In this document: positions 13,343 to 26,865 of the stretch, piece by piece | Position numbering within the stretch: the stretch's first letter is position 1 | Layout: every line of letters starts with the position of its first letter | Translations under genes and position numbers: made by a program | Source of the DNA: Salpingoeca rosetta | Taxonomy: Eukaryota; Protista; Choanoflagellata | Assembly: GCA_033442325.1 (NCBI GenBank) | Contig: JAWQFM010000009.1 | Location: 464,471-528,470, forward strand | Length of the DNA: 64,000 nt | Reading direction: 5' to 3' | Notes under the pieces: generated by a model | What the model saw: only the letters and a program-made list of their open reading frames with translations | The model's database searches: none | What the model was told of the DNA's origin: nothing

Positions 13343-13561
13343 GGGTGGCGAGAGAACACAACGCTGGTGACGACACCAACTGCAACAGCAACAGCAACAG
13401 AAATTGAGCCCAACTTGTTGATATGTCTCTGACACGACGCTGCTTCAGCGTTGATTGCATTTTCCCCTCTTGCTTCCTTTCTCTTTCTCCTCTGTTCTTC
13501 CCCTCCTTGCTCGACATTGACCGGGCGAGGGTCGGCAATAATCGATACAGTATGTGTTCTG

Positions 13562-13612
<51 letters not shown>

Positions 13613-13942
13613 TGTGCGTGTGTGTGTGTGTGTGCGTGTCTCTGTGTGTGTGTGTGTGTTGTCAGGCTATTGTGATGGCATGCGTTGCATCGGATGTTGA
13701 TTCAAGCGTTTGTGTTGTCAAAGTAAACCCAAACATGACACGATCAAACATAGCCAGCGAGAACATGCACACACCCACGCACACACGCACACGCACACGC
13801 ACACACGCACACGCACACGCACACACACCCACACACCCACCCACACGCACGCACGCACGCACACACGCACGCACGCACGCACGCGCACACACGCACGCAC
13901 GCACAAATGCTAAACAGCACCAGGACACAACCAACATCATTA

Positions 13943-14312
13943 TCACACGATGGCATCATACATTGGCGCAGCAAACTGCTGCTGCTGCTGCTGTTGTTGT
14001 TGTTGTGGGTTGAAGGCGGAGGCAAATGATGATGACGACGATGATGACACATCGACGCGCTGGCGGGGGCGGTGGTATGTGATGCCAAGCTCCTCACACG
14101 CTTCCTGTGCAAGGGGAAAGACGAAACAGGTGTTGTGAGAGATGGGGTGAAGGGTTGACGGTAGATACCACCACATGGAAGGCAAAACAAAAACGACACA
14201 CAGACGCAGACACATTACGACAGACGGACACACAGACACAACAAACAAACAAACAAACAAACAAACAAACAAACAAACACACAAACAAAGAAACAAAGAA
14301 ACAAAGAAACAA

Positions 14313-14373
<61 letters not shown>

Positions 14374-14394
14374 GCACAAACACACAAGCACACA

Positions 14395-14453
<59 letters not shown>

Positions 14454-17163
14454 CCTCGCTCTCCCGCTCGTTGACCGCACCTTAATGACTTGCACGAGCG
14501 CGTGCATGCGGGCCACGTGCTCGCCGTTCTGGAAGTTGGTCTGGTGCTGCGGGAACATGCTTATCTTGACGGAGTTGCCATCGTCAAAGTTGAGGCCGCG
14601 AACAAAGAACCCGCTGTCCTTCTCCTCAAAGTCGTTTGGCATGCTGCGCAGGAACTCACGGTAGCGCTGCTCAAGCTGCTCCAGCTTGCACCACGGCGTG
14701 TCCATGTCAACCCATATGACCAGGGGGTCCACCTGCCGCTTGGCGCGCTGTATGTTGACAAGCGTCTGCGTGTGGAGGACGTAGTTTGGCACCGTCACAA
14801 CGCGCCCGTCCCACACCTTGAAGGTGGTGAGGAGCAGCTCAAGCCGCACCACGTACATGGGGTCCCAGTTTGGCAGCACAACACGGTCGCCCACGTCAAA
14901 CGGGTGCTGCACAAAGAGAAACACAAACGAGTTGAACACGTTCTTCGCGCTGTCGGCGAAGATGAACGAGAGCGCAAACAGCGTCGTGCCCACGGTGACC
15001 GTCACCTCCGCATAGTCGCCCGTGCTGAACGCAATGTTGAGTGCAAACAGGATAAGCACCACCACCGCGGCGGTCAGGAAGCTGGCCAGTGCGTGCGTGA
15101 TGCTCTCCAAATCGTTGAGGGTGATGGCCAAGTTCTTTCGGTCGCGGTAGACGCGCTCCACACGCTCGCGCATCCAGTCCTCGTCGGCCTTGCCGGTGCC
15201 GTGCGGGTCGAACATGTCCTGCGCCTTTGCAAACAGCTCCTCGCTCGACAGCTCGTCCTTGAGTGTTGCAATGTGCACCTGCCCATTGTGCTGGTACCGG
15301 TCGAAGATGGCCTCGGCAAGGCGGCGCGCGAGCAGCCCGTTCTTGATGGCCACGCGATTGCGGCACACGGTGATGTAGCGGAGGCGGATGGCCTCGAAGC
15401 CTGCAAGCAACGACGCGCTCACTTCTGTTGGGTCATCCTCCCCAGCAGTCATGCGCGAGTTGACAGCAGCGGCAGTTGTGGCAGCGGCAGTTGTGGCAGC
15501 GGCGGCGGCGGTGGCAGCCTTGTCGGTGTCGTGGTTGTGATTGCTGGCAGCTGCTGCCTTGCTGCTGATACTGTCACTTCTCCGCTTGTCTTTCTTGTCA
15601 CTGTTGTGAGTGTGGGATTCCTTGTTGCTGTGCTGGCTGTTCGCGTTGTTGCGCGCTCCTTGCGAGTGGCGGGCGCGGGGCTGCTGCGTGTTGGCGTACG
15701 ACAACGATTGCGATTGCTGTTGGTTGTTGTTGTCTCCACCACTGCCATTGTTGCGGTTGTCCTTGTTGTTGTTGTCCTTGTTGGCATTGCGTGCGCGTTC
15801 ATCACCCCTGTGCCCCCTCAATCGATGCCGCCACCACCGCCGCCGCCGCCGTGTGCCCGCCGTCGACATGGACGTGGACAGCTCCGCCGTCTGGCCCGCA
15901 TATCCTCTTGTGAGCACATCATCGGGCGAGTGAATGTTCGTGGTTGGGCCCTCCTCTTCCCGGTGCTGGTGATGCTCATCAACATCCTCTTCAACATCGT
16001 CCGCAACATCGTCGTCATCATCAACAGGGCGAATGAGCGGAACAGCTCGTCGACCACCATCATCGCCGCCGCTGTGCCTGCGTTGCGGTGTTTCGCTGCC
16101 CGTATCCTGATGCGCAGACGTGAGCGCTGAAGCCCTCCGCTGCTGCTGGAATTGTTGCTTGTCGTGTTCGTGGGACGAGGCACCACTGTCCGTGTCATGG
16201 CGCTGTGCCTCGTCAGGGTGGCGGGCACCGCTTGCAGCTAGCACGCCTGCCTGGCTTTCGGCCTGTGTGGAGTGCAGATCTGGGGTGGAGATGCTCTTAG
16301 TAATCGGTCCAGCGACACCGACACTGCCGGCGTTGGTGTCGTCGTCCTCGATGGCTGGTGCTGCGTGTGTAACCCTGCATTCGTGGCTTGCGCCCCTCTT
16401 GAGCTTGCGCCCCCTTTTCTTCTCCTTATCCTGTTCCTTGCGCTTGGCCTTTTCCGCTTTCTCCTTCGCCTTCATCCTCGCCTTCTTCGCTGCTGAGCTC
16501 ATGCTGGGCAGGCTGTACCGCCGTGGTTTCTCACCATCGCCAGCTCCGGCTGGTGTCCCGTCCTTCGAGTCACCGGCGTTGCGTTCCGTGCGATCACCAT
16601 CACCATCGCCACCACCACCGCGAGCATCATCACCACCCTCCTTGTCGACGCGCTTGCGAAAGCGCCACAGCTTCTGCAGGGTGACAGCTGCGTCGTACTC
16701 TGTAAACTGCTGCTTGCGGCGTGGGCGCTTGTCGCTGAGAACACTGGTGGGCGTGATGGTGTCGGTCAGATCTTGCAACACTTCCTCCGCCCGCAGTGCG
16801 TCCTTGACAGAGCTGGCCTGGTTCAGCAAGCGCGTCTGTGGTTGGTTGCGGTGAAGGGAGGGTGGGGAAATTTTGGTGGTGGTGGTGTGTTGAGGTAACA
16901 AATGAAAGCACGAGAGACGTGAGCGTACGACAAGAAGAAGGGGGGTGGTGGAGGGGAGGTAGGAGGGGAAGCGAATTGAAGAAGCAAGAAAAGGATGGGG
17001 GGGGGGACAGGAGACGAAGACAAACAAATGCATGCACGCATGCACGTGTACACAGTGTGTGTGTACGCATGCCTACAGACGAGGAGACAAACACACACAC
17101 ACACACACAGACAGACAGACAGACAGACAGACACACACACACACACAGACAGACAGACAGACA

Positions 17164-17203
<40 letters not shown>

Positions 17204-17911
17204 ACAGACGCAGATACGCACCACAGACAGAGAGACAGCCAGACAGAGAGACAGACATACAAACACAGACACAGACATACTGACCCCGAAGCGGAGGCGG
17301 ACGACTGCCAGGCCACGAAGGACGAGAAGAACGCCAAGGAAAATGTTGACAATCATGAGGCGCGGCAGCCACCACACCCTGTCAAAGTCCAGCTTGGACT
17401 TGGTACCGTTGACGCGGGCGGGAAACGGGTTGGCGTTGAAGATGCCGTAGAACGCAACCACAATGAGCACGGTCCACAGGAGATAGCAGACGGAGAAGTA
17501 GATGCCGGTGAGAATGATGCGGCTGGCGTTGCTCTCCCTGACGATGATGATCACGGACATGGTAATCCAGGTCACGATTCTGCACACGAGCCACAGCGCG
17601 ACCCACGAGCCCACAAACACAGCCCAGCAGGCGATGCTGGCCGAGGCGAGCGTCCTGTTTGGGTCGTTCTCACGGAACACAAACCCAACGACAAAGACGA
17701 TGCCGATGACGATGAGCCATGCTATCCAACCGCCCCAGCTTGGCTGCGACCACGTCGTCTGCGCAAACGGCACCGAGAGCACCTTGAGCGGTGGCGGCTG
17801 CGGCGGTGGCTGCGCCAGAGATGTCGGCGAAGGTGACGTTAGCGTCACGGGCGTCGCGGAAGCTGGCGGCGGTTCTGCCGCTTTTCTGAACCTCACAGGT
17901 TCCGGGGGCAT
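13943..17911 (-). CDS. MscS-like (MSL/Msy-type) mechanosensitive channel with EF-hand
   Basis: Exons ~17911-17285 (several TM helices), ~16842-14481, ~14105-13943. Core: [61 protein letters not shown]…NIQR; EF-hand-like [15 protein letters not shown]; ends [17 protein letters not shown]. Confidence 0.92.
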
Positions 17912-17917
17912 CACTTC

Positions 17918-18042
<125 letters not shown>

Positions 18043-18492
18043 CTGAATGAACGACAGGGGCACGGGCTCAGGCACAGACTACGTGGGTCCGTGGGTGCGT
18101 GCAAACACCGTTTCCCGTTGGCGTGCACGAACTTCCAGTACAGATGAACGAAGAAGTGGACGTGGGGAAAGCTGTGTTGAAGGAAGGAAAGCAATGCAAC
18201 AGTGGGTGCAAAAAAGAAGAATGAGTGATCGTCGCTTCTTGCTTCGTTGCAGCAAGAAGGAAGCAAGTGCAAGCAAGCAATCAAGGCACTGCCATCACGC
18301 AACCACATTCGGTCCTGCGCGTGCAAACCGCGCGCAGGCGCCCATAAACACGTCTGACACGTTTCACACACCCACGCGAGGAGGCGAAAGCAGCAGCAGA
18401 AGCAGGTGCACCTTCACTTCCTCTCACCACACCAACTCAACTCACTCACCAAACACCAACCCAACTCACTCACTCCCTGTGACAGGCGGAAC

Positions 18493-21266
18493 ATGGAGCA
18501 GCAACAAGAGGCAAAGGTGGTGAAGCTGCCAGGGAAGGTGCGATCTCGGCAGAGCCAGAACCCCGTCAGCAAGAGAGCCAAGATGGCAAAACAAGCACAA
18601 CAAGCTCAACAACAACAACAACAGCAGAAGGAGCAGAAGCAGAAGAAGACGAAGCAGGAGCACAAGCAGCAAGCACAGGGACAACAACAGCTGGCACATA
18701 AGAACAAAGGCAAGAAGACTGGCAAGGGGAAGCAGAAGAAGGGCAAGGTGAGGAGAGTGCCAGATGGTGCCGATGATGATGATGACGAGGTGAAGGAGCA
18801 AGGGCAACAACAGCTGCCAACAGTCACTGCCAGCACTGCCGACGCGGCAGAGGAGGATGCTGTTGACAATGACAACGAGGATGATGACGACTTTGAGGCA
18901 AACGACTTGCAGCTTGAAGCAACTGCAGACATGCAGGTCAGCGTGTTCGTGTGTGTGCGTGTGTGTGTGTGTGTGCGTATGTGTGTGTGTGTGCGTACGT
19001 GTGTGTGTGTGTGCGTACGTGTGTGTGTGCGTATGTGTGTGTGTATGGAATGGCTTGCAATCACCTTCATGCACCGGTTTGGACTGTTCTCGACACCTTC
19101 ACTCACAGGCTGTGCTTGCATGTGGCATGATACAGGCGCTGCAATGCGATGTTCGTGCGTGCTGCCCTGGCGAAGAAGACTTCTGGGGCATCAAACAGCT
19201 CCTGCACCAAGTGCGTTCAGCCACGCGGTGATGAGAGTGTGTGCGTGAGCGTGGGAGTATGTGTGTGTGTGTGTGTGCGTGTGTGTGTGTGTGAACGTGG
19301 GAGTGTGTTTGTGGGTCAATGTCTTCATTCGTTCACTCGTCCGTCTGTCCGTCCTCTCGTTTGTTCGTTCGCTCGATCATGGTGTGAGCCCACTCAAGAC
19401 TGTGCCAAGACTGTGTTGGGAGTTGTGGCTGTCCTGACTTACTTTCTCGACTTGTGCTTGTGTGCTGTGTAGCTGATGCGGGATGGCTCGTTTGTGTACG
19501 GCGACCTGGCGGACAGTCTGATTGAGAACAACGCATGCTCCACTGTGATCAAGCCTGAGGAGAGCGACCAAAGCGGCGACGTGCAGTTCAAAGCACAGGT
19601 GTGTGTGCGCATGTGTGTGTGCGCATGTGTGTGTGCGCATGTGTGTGTGCGCATGTGTGTGTGTGTTTGCATATGTATGTGCGTGGGTGTGCGTTTGCGC
19701 GTGTTTGCATGTGTGTAAGTTGTTGTTGTTGCGTTTGTTTCCACGTGTTGACACTACCACATGTGCTGTGTTCAGAGTGGAGGTCCCGGAGACGATGATG
19801 CTGATGACGACGACGATGGAGAAGTGAACAGAACCGACAAATACGACGTCTTTGCCATTGCCGGTGTCATCCCGCTCTCCGGTCCAAAGGTTCGTTATGA
19901 ATGCGTGCGTGCGCGTAAGAGTGTGTATGTGTGTGTGTGTGTGTATGAATGCGTGTGTGTGTGTGCGTGTGGTATTTATGCTTGTGCATGTGTGCGTGCG
20001 CGTGCGCGTGCGCGTGCGTGTGCGTGTGAGTATGAGTGTGTGTATAATTTGCATACTGTGCTTTGGCCCTGTGTTCCGATGCTGGTGCTGGTGTGCAGTT
20101 AACGTGCGCCACCATGCTTGCTCGTGGCGCAATTGACATCTGCTCACGTTGTTCTGCGGCCACATCATCCTTTCATGCAGGCTCAGGCGTCTCTCACCAA
20201 GTGGCTCGCCAAGAAATGCAGCAAGCAGGCCGATGTGGTGCGCCATGGTTGTGGACATGCGTGTATGCGTGTGTGTACGGATATGTGTATGTATATCTAT
20301 GCATGTGTGTGTGTGTGTTTGTTCGCTCGAACTTGCACGTGTACATCTATTTCAACTCACCTCTCCAGCACAAACAAACTGCCCCCGCCTCTCCTTGAGG
20401 TTCTCTCTGTCTCTGTCTCTCTGTATGCTAGCCCACTCACCAATGCGCTGCGTCTGCTGTCGCCAGGTGTCTGCGCTGAAGAAGCCTGGCACCGCCTTTG
20501 TCATCTGGTGAGATGAATATCATGTGCGTGGCGTACTGATCATGGCTGTTGCCATGTGTTTGCACGTTGTTTCGGAGATGAGAAACCACGTCACTCCTGC
20601 CTTTGCCCCTTTATTGGGTCCTGTATGCTTGCGTCAATTCTTTCTCTTCGCAGTTCCTCTCTCCCCCCTCTCTCTCTCCCTCTCACTCACACACTCACTC
20701 ACACACTCACTCACACACTCACTTACACACTCACTCACACTCACACACACACCAAACGCAGTGAGCGTATCATCAACCTGCCGCCACAGCTGGCCACGGC
20801 CATGTATGACACCCTCCTCAACGACATGCTCGCGTTGCCAAAGGTGCGGTCACGCATACCGCTGAGGTCGTGATGAGGGAAGGGGGAGGGTGATGATGAT
20901 GGTGCTGATCATGGTGAGCTGGTGGCGGGGATGCAACAAGTGCGGTGCTGGTTAGACACTCGCTCTTGGGTAGCGCTCGTTTCACCAACTGCACGTTGCT
21001 GCTTTGTTGCTTATGCACTGATTCACCCATTCACCCACTCACTCACGCGGTCACTGTCCCATTCATTCTTGTGTTTGTGTCAGGCTGACCGGCCGAAGCA
21101 AGTTGTCATGATGTTCAAGGCGTACGAGTACACCAAGAAGGTACAGTCACGGTTTGCTTGTCCGTCTTGGAATGCAGCATCACTATTTGACAATGCGCGC
21201 GTTGTTTCCCTCGCGCTCACTGTGCCACCACCATGCACGCTTGTTTTGCCGTGTGCTGAGACACAT

Positions 21267-21341
<75 letters not shown>

Positions 21342-21483
21342 CATGTCTACACACGCAAGTAGACGAAGACCGCGACACCATCTGGTGTGGAGTTTTACGG
21401 CCCAGAGGACACATTCTTCTTCAAGGTGAGCCCTTCCACACATGCACGCACATGTGGACACACTGCTGCCGTATTCTTTGTTC

Positions 21484-21553
<70 letters not shown>

Positions 21554-21873
21554 CGCAGAGCGCCGCCTCGACGCATCGGTTCAACATTCCAAAGACATCC
21601 GGGCAGCTGCAGGATAGCACACAACCAGACAAGTGAGCCAACAGGCGCTTTGCTCCTCCTCACTTGATGCTCCCTGCCATATTCTTCTGTATTGCTTTCT
21701 GAGTTGGCATGCCTGTTGTCATTGGCTTCTCACCACCACTTCACCTTTCCCCTCGCGCCCCACCTGTTGGCAGGATGTACCGCGTTGTGTGCGTGCTGTC
21801 CTTCAAGGCGTTCCGAGCAGCGGCACAGCAAGTTGCATCCGCCTTTGTCGCACAATACGACGGCTGTGCGTAA
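18493..21873 (+). CDS. BCCIP: BCCIP/Bcp1 family protein
   Basis: Lys/Gln/acidic N-terminus, then [21 protein letters not shown]…[36 protein letters not shown] across ~10 exons. Confidence 0.88.
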
Positions 21874-22122
21874 TGGTGATGTGACCCGCCCTCGACCACC
21901 ACAAACCGCACCGCACACTGTCAACACCCTCGCCCACTGCAACAACACGCGTGCATACACGTTCATAGCTGTCAATAAACTCGCTCCCATCCCTCGATGT
22001 GCGGGATGCCATCCATGTGGCGTATCATGAGCTGCGTTTACTTGTGCTGCACAAGAAAGCATGACGCAAACGCAGCAGTGGATATCAGGGTCAAGGGCAA
22101 AGGGATGCGTGTGGGAGCAGGT

Positions 22123-22243
22123 TTACTCGGCAACAGTCTTCCTGGCACGGCCCTTGGTCTCAGGGCGGGGCACGACCTCCTTCTGCTTCATGAAGATCAT
22201 CTCAATGTGGCAAGGAGAGGACTTGTAGGCTGCACGCAACAGC

Positions 22244-22297
<54 letters not shown>

Positions 22298-23981
22298 CAC
22301 GGTGAGGTCGGTGTGAGCCAAGGCGACAGCGCACTCCAGTGCAAAACGCTCATGCCAGCAGAGATGGGTCGTGATTTCATGACACGGCACAAGCCTCCAC
22401 TACACCACACCAAACTCCACTTTCACCATGCAACTCTTCAACGCACGCACACGGAGATACCCACACAAACATCACAAGCACAAACTGCCTCCCTCCACCC
22501 CGCATAAAACACTTACGGTTGATGCGACCGTGCGCTCTGTAGGTACGACGGCGCATGTGGGGTGCGCGGTTGACCTGGGCGTGCTTGATGAAGAGGGACT
22601 CGGGCTGCAGGCCCTTAACCTCGGCGTTGCTCTCGGCGTTCTTGAGGAGGTCGAGAACAAAGTTGCACGACTTGAGTGGCCAGCGACCCTGTGTCCAGTT
22701 GTGCTGCTTGGCCTGTGGTGGTGATGGTGGTTGTGCATGCGTGCAAAGAGGTGTAAGAACAACAATATTGGAGCATCAAGCAAAGGGAGGAAAGCGTCAG
22801 CGATGTCACTTGTGCATCGGCGTGCGCACAGAGGTGAAGAGTTTGTCCTGCCTCTCTAAGCACTTTTGTGGCTCACGCCGGAAGTCAACAGCGCAATCAC
22901 CACAGTGGACCAGCAAGCACAAGCAATATGGGAGCTGCCGTTTTCTCCAACTCGCGCCAATTGTCCCCGTCCACGCCACCGTCCCCATTCGGTTTTCACT
23001 CAAGCGCGCGCACACGCACACTGTGTCTCCCTCGTCGTCTGCGCATGACACATCAGGGGTACGCACCATGCCCTTGCGGCCAATACCGCCGTTCCTGTAG
23101 CGCTTGAAGGGGACAATCTCCTTCTTGGCCTTGACGTTCTCGAGGAAGCGCACGGCACGGGGCAGGCTCATGCCCCGGATGGCGTGCACGGTCTCGCGCG
23201 TGTTCTTGTAGTGCACACGCAGGTAGGAACCACGCGTCTTCACGACTGTTGGCGATGTGATGCGATGCGCAGGTGCGTGTTGGGGTGTGCATGCGTGTGC
23301 AAGTGTGTGATGAAGATGAAGGTGAGCAGCAGGCAAGGACGGAGATGGGGGGGGGGGGGAGGAGGCATGACAGTGTGGGCGATCATGTGGTGGGTGGGTG
23401 CTGTTGCTGTCGTGGTGGAGTCGTGGTTGCTGTTGCTTGCGCAGGTCTGGGCGGAGTGGTACACTCGTCGATTGAACCCGTTGATTGGGCCGCTTTCTTT
23501 ACCACGCCGCCACTGCCACCGTCCCCGTCACCATCACCAGCAGTACAACCAAGCCACCTCCCACGTGCACGTCACACAAGAACACACACACACACACAAA
23601 GCCTTGGGGCGGGTGCTGCTGTCAGTCTGCTGCTGCGCTGCGCGCATGGGCCCACCACACGCACGATCGATGCCACTTCACCACACAGCTCATCATTGCT
23701 GTTGCTGCTTGTTGTTGCCACTGTCGCTCGCCCATCAACGCAAAGAAGCACGTGCGTGTGCTCCGGAGGGGGGGGGGACACATCAGCACCCGCGTGTTGT
23801 TGTCGTCGTGCAACGGTGCCACCCCTCGTTCACCGTGCACCGCTTCCACCACCTTCACGCAAAACCTCACACACACACACGCACACAAAAGCTGCTTCAT
23901 TTCCCCTCCGCTCAGAGATGCAGTGCTTGCTGACTGCTCACCGTTGTCCTGCTCGGCGACATCCCAGGAGTAGCGCACCAT
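22123..23981 (-). CDS. RPL17: 60S ribosomal protein L17 (uL22)
   Basis: [13 protein letters not shown]|[19 protein letters not shown]…[14 protein letters not shown]|…[30 protein letters not shown]…[11 protein letters not shown]|…SSPCHIEMI; four exons. Confidence 0.97.
23622..23696 (-). ncRNA. Possible intronic box C/D snoRNA in RPL17 intron 1
   Basis: ATGATGA (box C) … CTGA (box D) spanning 75 nt on the sense strand; no terminal stem or rRNA antisense element recognised. Confidence 0.2.
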
Positions 23982-24351
23982 GGTGGCGGTGTTGGTGGTT
24001 GCTGTATGGGGAGATGGGGAGAAAAAGGGAGCAAATCTCAGCGCTCACACACGCGACACAAGGAAAAAGGGCCAGCAAAAGTACCTGGCACTTGCCACGG
24101 TACTCATGCGTGGAAACTTGTCCAAAGAATTTCACCAATAATCATGCACAACGCTTTCTGCCCATATCATGCGCCAACCTTCCAGGGCACAAGAAAATCT
24201 GATAAAGCTACCCACCAATTGTCAAACCCAAACAAACCACAGCAAAGCAAAGCAACAAGGCAGCACCCAAAATCCAAAAATCACTGGCTGACCAACCAAA
24301 CCACCACCCTGCAAGGCAAGCCAAGCGGCAAGCGACGAGCGACAAGCAACG

Positions 24352-26295
24352 ATGAGCAGCAACGCTGTTCAGTACCTGGCTCGGCGCCGGTCGCCGATTC
24401 GTTACACATCGTACGTGATGCGCGTGAAGTGTGTGAAGAGTGTGTGAGGTGTGTGTGCGTGTGTGTGTGTTTGATTTGATCTGGGTGTGCACGCTTGATT
24501 TGAGTGTGTGAGTTGATGTCTGTGTCATGCATGCATCATACCTTCAGGATTCATGCGACGTCATGTCACATCACTGCTTCGCTCACGTCCATCTCACATC
24601 ATGCTACTCATGCCATGCAATTTATGCCATCACACACACACACACACGCCAAACACACACACACACAACATCACACACACACACACACACACACATACAA
24701 CATCACACACACACACACGCCACACACACACACACACATACAACATCACACACACGCACACACACACGCGACATACCGCTTTTCGTCTCTCCTCCCCTCC
24801 TGCATGTAGGCGGTCGTTGCGATCGCCAACACCCCCGCCCGCACCCGACTTTGACGCGGGCGATGACGAGTCTCCAGCCAGCCCTGGTGTGGAGGCACCC
24901 ATTGCAGACACTGAGCAAGCCAAGAGCATGGCCCCTGCCACCGAGGAAGAGGTGAACCGCCGCGCGTTGGCCATCGCAGGGAAAGTGGCCGCCCTCACCC
25001 TGCTCGCCGTCCCCGTCTGCTACCTCTTCGACTTTTTTGGCGAGAACCTCTCCGGGTTTGGCACCTTCCTCTTTGGCCTCACCATCCTCATTGGATTCCC
25101 CATGGGCCTGCGCGACATGTTCTCCGTCATCCCGGACCACGACATGTTCATGTACTTCTTCTCCGTCTTCGCCTTCACCAGCGCCATTGACTTTATCCTT
25201 GCCTTCACCATTGACAAGCGCAACGCCGTCCTCGTCGAGTGAGTCTCCGATGCGTGCGTGTGTGCGTGTGTGTGCATGTTTGTTCGTCTACATGCGTGCG
25301 TGTGCGCATGTGCATGTGCATGTGCGCATGTGCGTCTACATGTGTGCATGGGGCGGTGTGTTTCTGTGCATCTCCTCTCGGCTGGATGCAACCTCGCCCC
25401 CCCCCCCTCCGGTCGCCTCGTTGCGACCGTTGTCCCCCCCCCCTCCATCCCCACCCATCAAGTGTCACTCACCCAACGTTCGTTCCCTCCTTCCTCCCCT
25501 AGCTACCTCGAGCGTGGCGAGCCCTATCTGTCCACGGCGTACGGGTTTGCGGCCAACCTGTGGGACGGCACCGCCCACTGGCTGCTGTACATTATCATGA
25601 TCTTCGGCCTGGCCTCCCACAACCCGGCACTCTACCGCTCGTACTACCTCTACTGGATCGGCTCCATCACGTTCTCCCTGTGCAAGCTCATGCCTGGTGC
25701 CGCCATCGGCCACTTTAGCCACGCCATGGACTACTCCGCCTTCCTCAACGTCCCGTTCATCCTCCTCCCCGTGTACTTTCTCAAGCGCGTCATTGACACG
25801 CCGCGCCCGATCGAGCCTGCCAAGCGCGGCACAGCGTGGATGGAGGCTGCCTTTGCCGCCTTGCTCTCCGTCGCCGTCATTGTCCTTGGCATCCGCTTTG
25901 CCGCGGCCAACAACTCCGACCTGCCCATTGCTGCCGCCTGGCGCGAGGTTGAGCCCACGCTCGATGACCCCTCTCGCTTCTTCGCCGTCACCAGCATGGT
26001 GCACCTCTACTACGCCGTGCCCATGATGAGCGTGCTCATCGTCACCATGCTCTTTGGCGCCTCCCGCACCCAGCGCGGCTTCTGCAGCGACGTGGCCGTG
26101 CTGCTCGCTGGCGGCATGGGCGAGTCGCAGTTCTGCTACATGGTGTCTGCCTTCCACCACCTCACCCCAGACAACCTGCGCGTCTCCCCAGACTCGTGCG
26201 GGTTTTGGGGCATTAACGTGGGCCTCGTTGTCCTCACCCACGCCATTGCCGTCTACCTCACCTCTCGTCGCGGCCTTGCAGGCATCTTCAAGTGA
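24352..26295 (+). CDS. TM6SF1: TM6SF1/2-like EXPERA-domain membrane protein
   Basis: Exons 24352-24410, 24810-25238, 25503-26295. VFAFTSAID, YLERGEPYLSTAYG…WDGTAHW, LYWIGS, FLNVPFILLPV, EPTLDDP match TM6SF. Confidence 0.88.
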
Positions 26296-26832
26296 TGACT
26301 GACTGTCGTGCAAGGGTTGTGTGGGTACGTGTATACGTGCGTACGCGTGTTTTGTGTGTGTGTGTGTGTGTATGTGTGCGTTGCACGTGTGCTCACGTAC
26401 GTTGTATGTACGTGTGCGCATGCGTTTGTCTGCTTGTCACACGCACACGTCGCGTGTCTACACGCCACAGCAAGTCCTGTACTCCCGTTGTTTTGTATCA
26501 TTGAATGTGTTGTGTGAATATGCCACGTGCCTTCTTCATCATTGTTACTCTGCTGCTGTTGCTGCTTCTTGGCACACACACTTGTGTGCCCTTGGCTCTG
26601 CACGTCCTGGTTTTTGTTACGATTTCATGCACAATTTGTTTTTGGCATTCGTGTTGTGGTGTTGCCTTTGCTTTGTGTCTGTGAGGCACTAGCTCGGCTC
26701 CACCGCAATTAAAGAAGCATAGAACGTGGCTGATAAGAGGTGTGCACTAGTGTGTGTGTGTGTGCGTGTGCGTGTTTGTGTGTGTGTGTGTGTGTGCGTG
26801 CGCGCGCTTGTGTGTTTGTTTGTTTGTGTGTT

Positions 26833-26865
<33 letters not shown>

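Noticed and set aside
11660-13700. Intact transposon around the orphan polyQ gene
   Set aside because: No terminal inverted repeats, target-site duplication or catalytic domain seen.
14490-16130. 546-aa + strand ORF (also 2729-3490, 25465-26421, 45031-46173, 31380-32516)
   Set aside because: Antisense shadows of GC-rich coding exons; no recognisable protein features.
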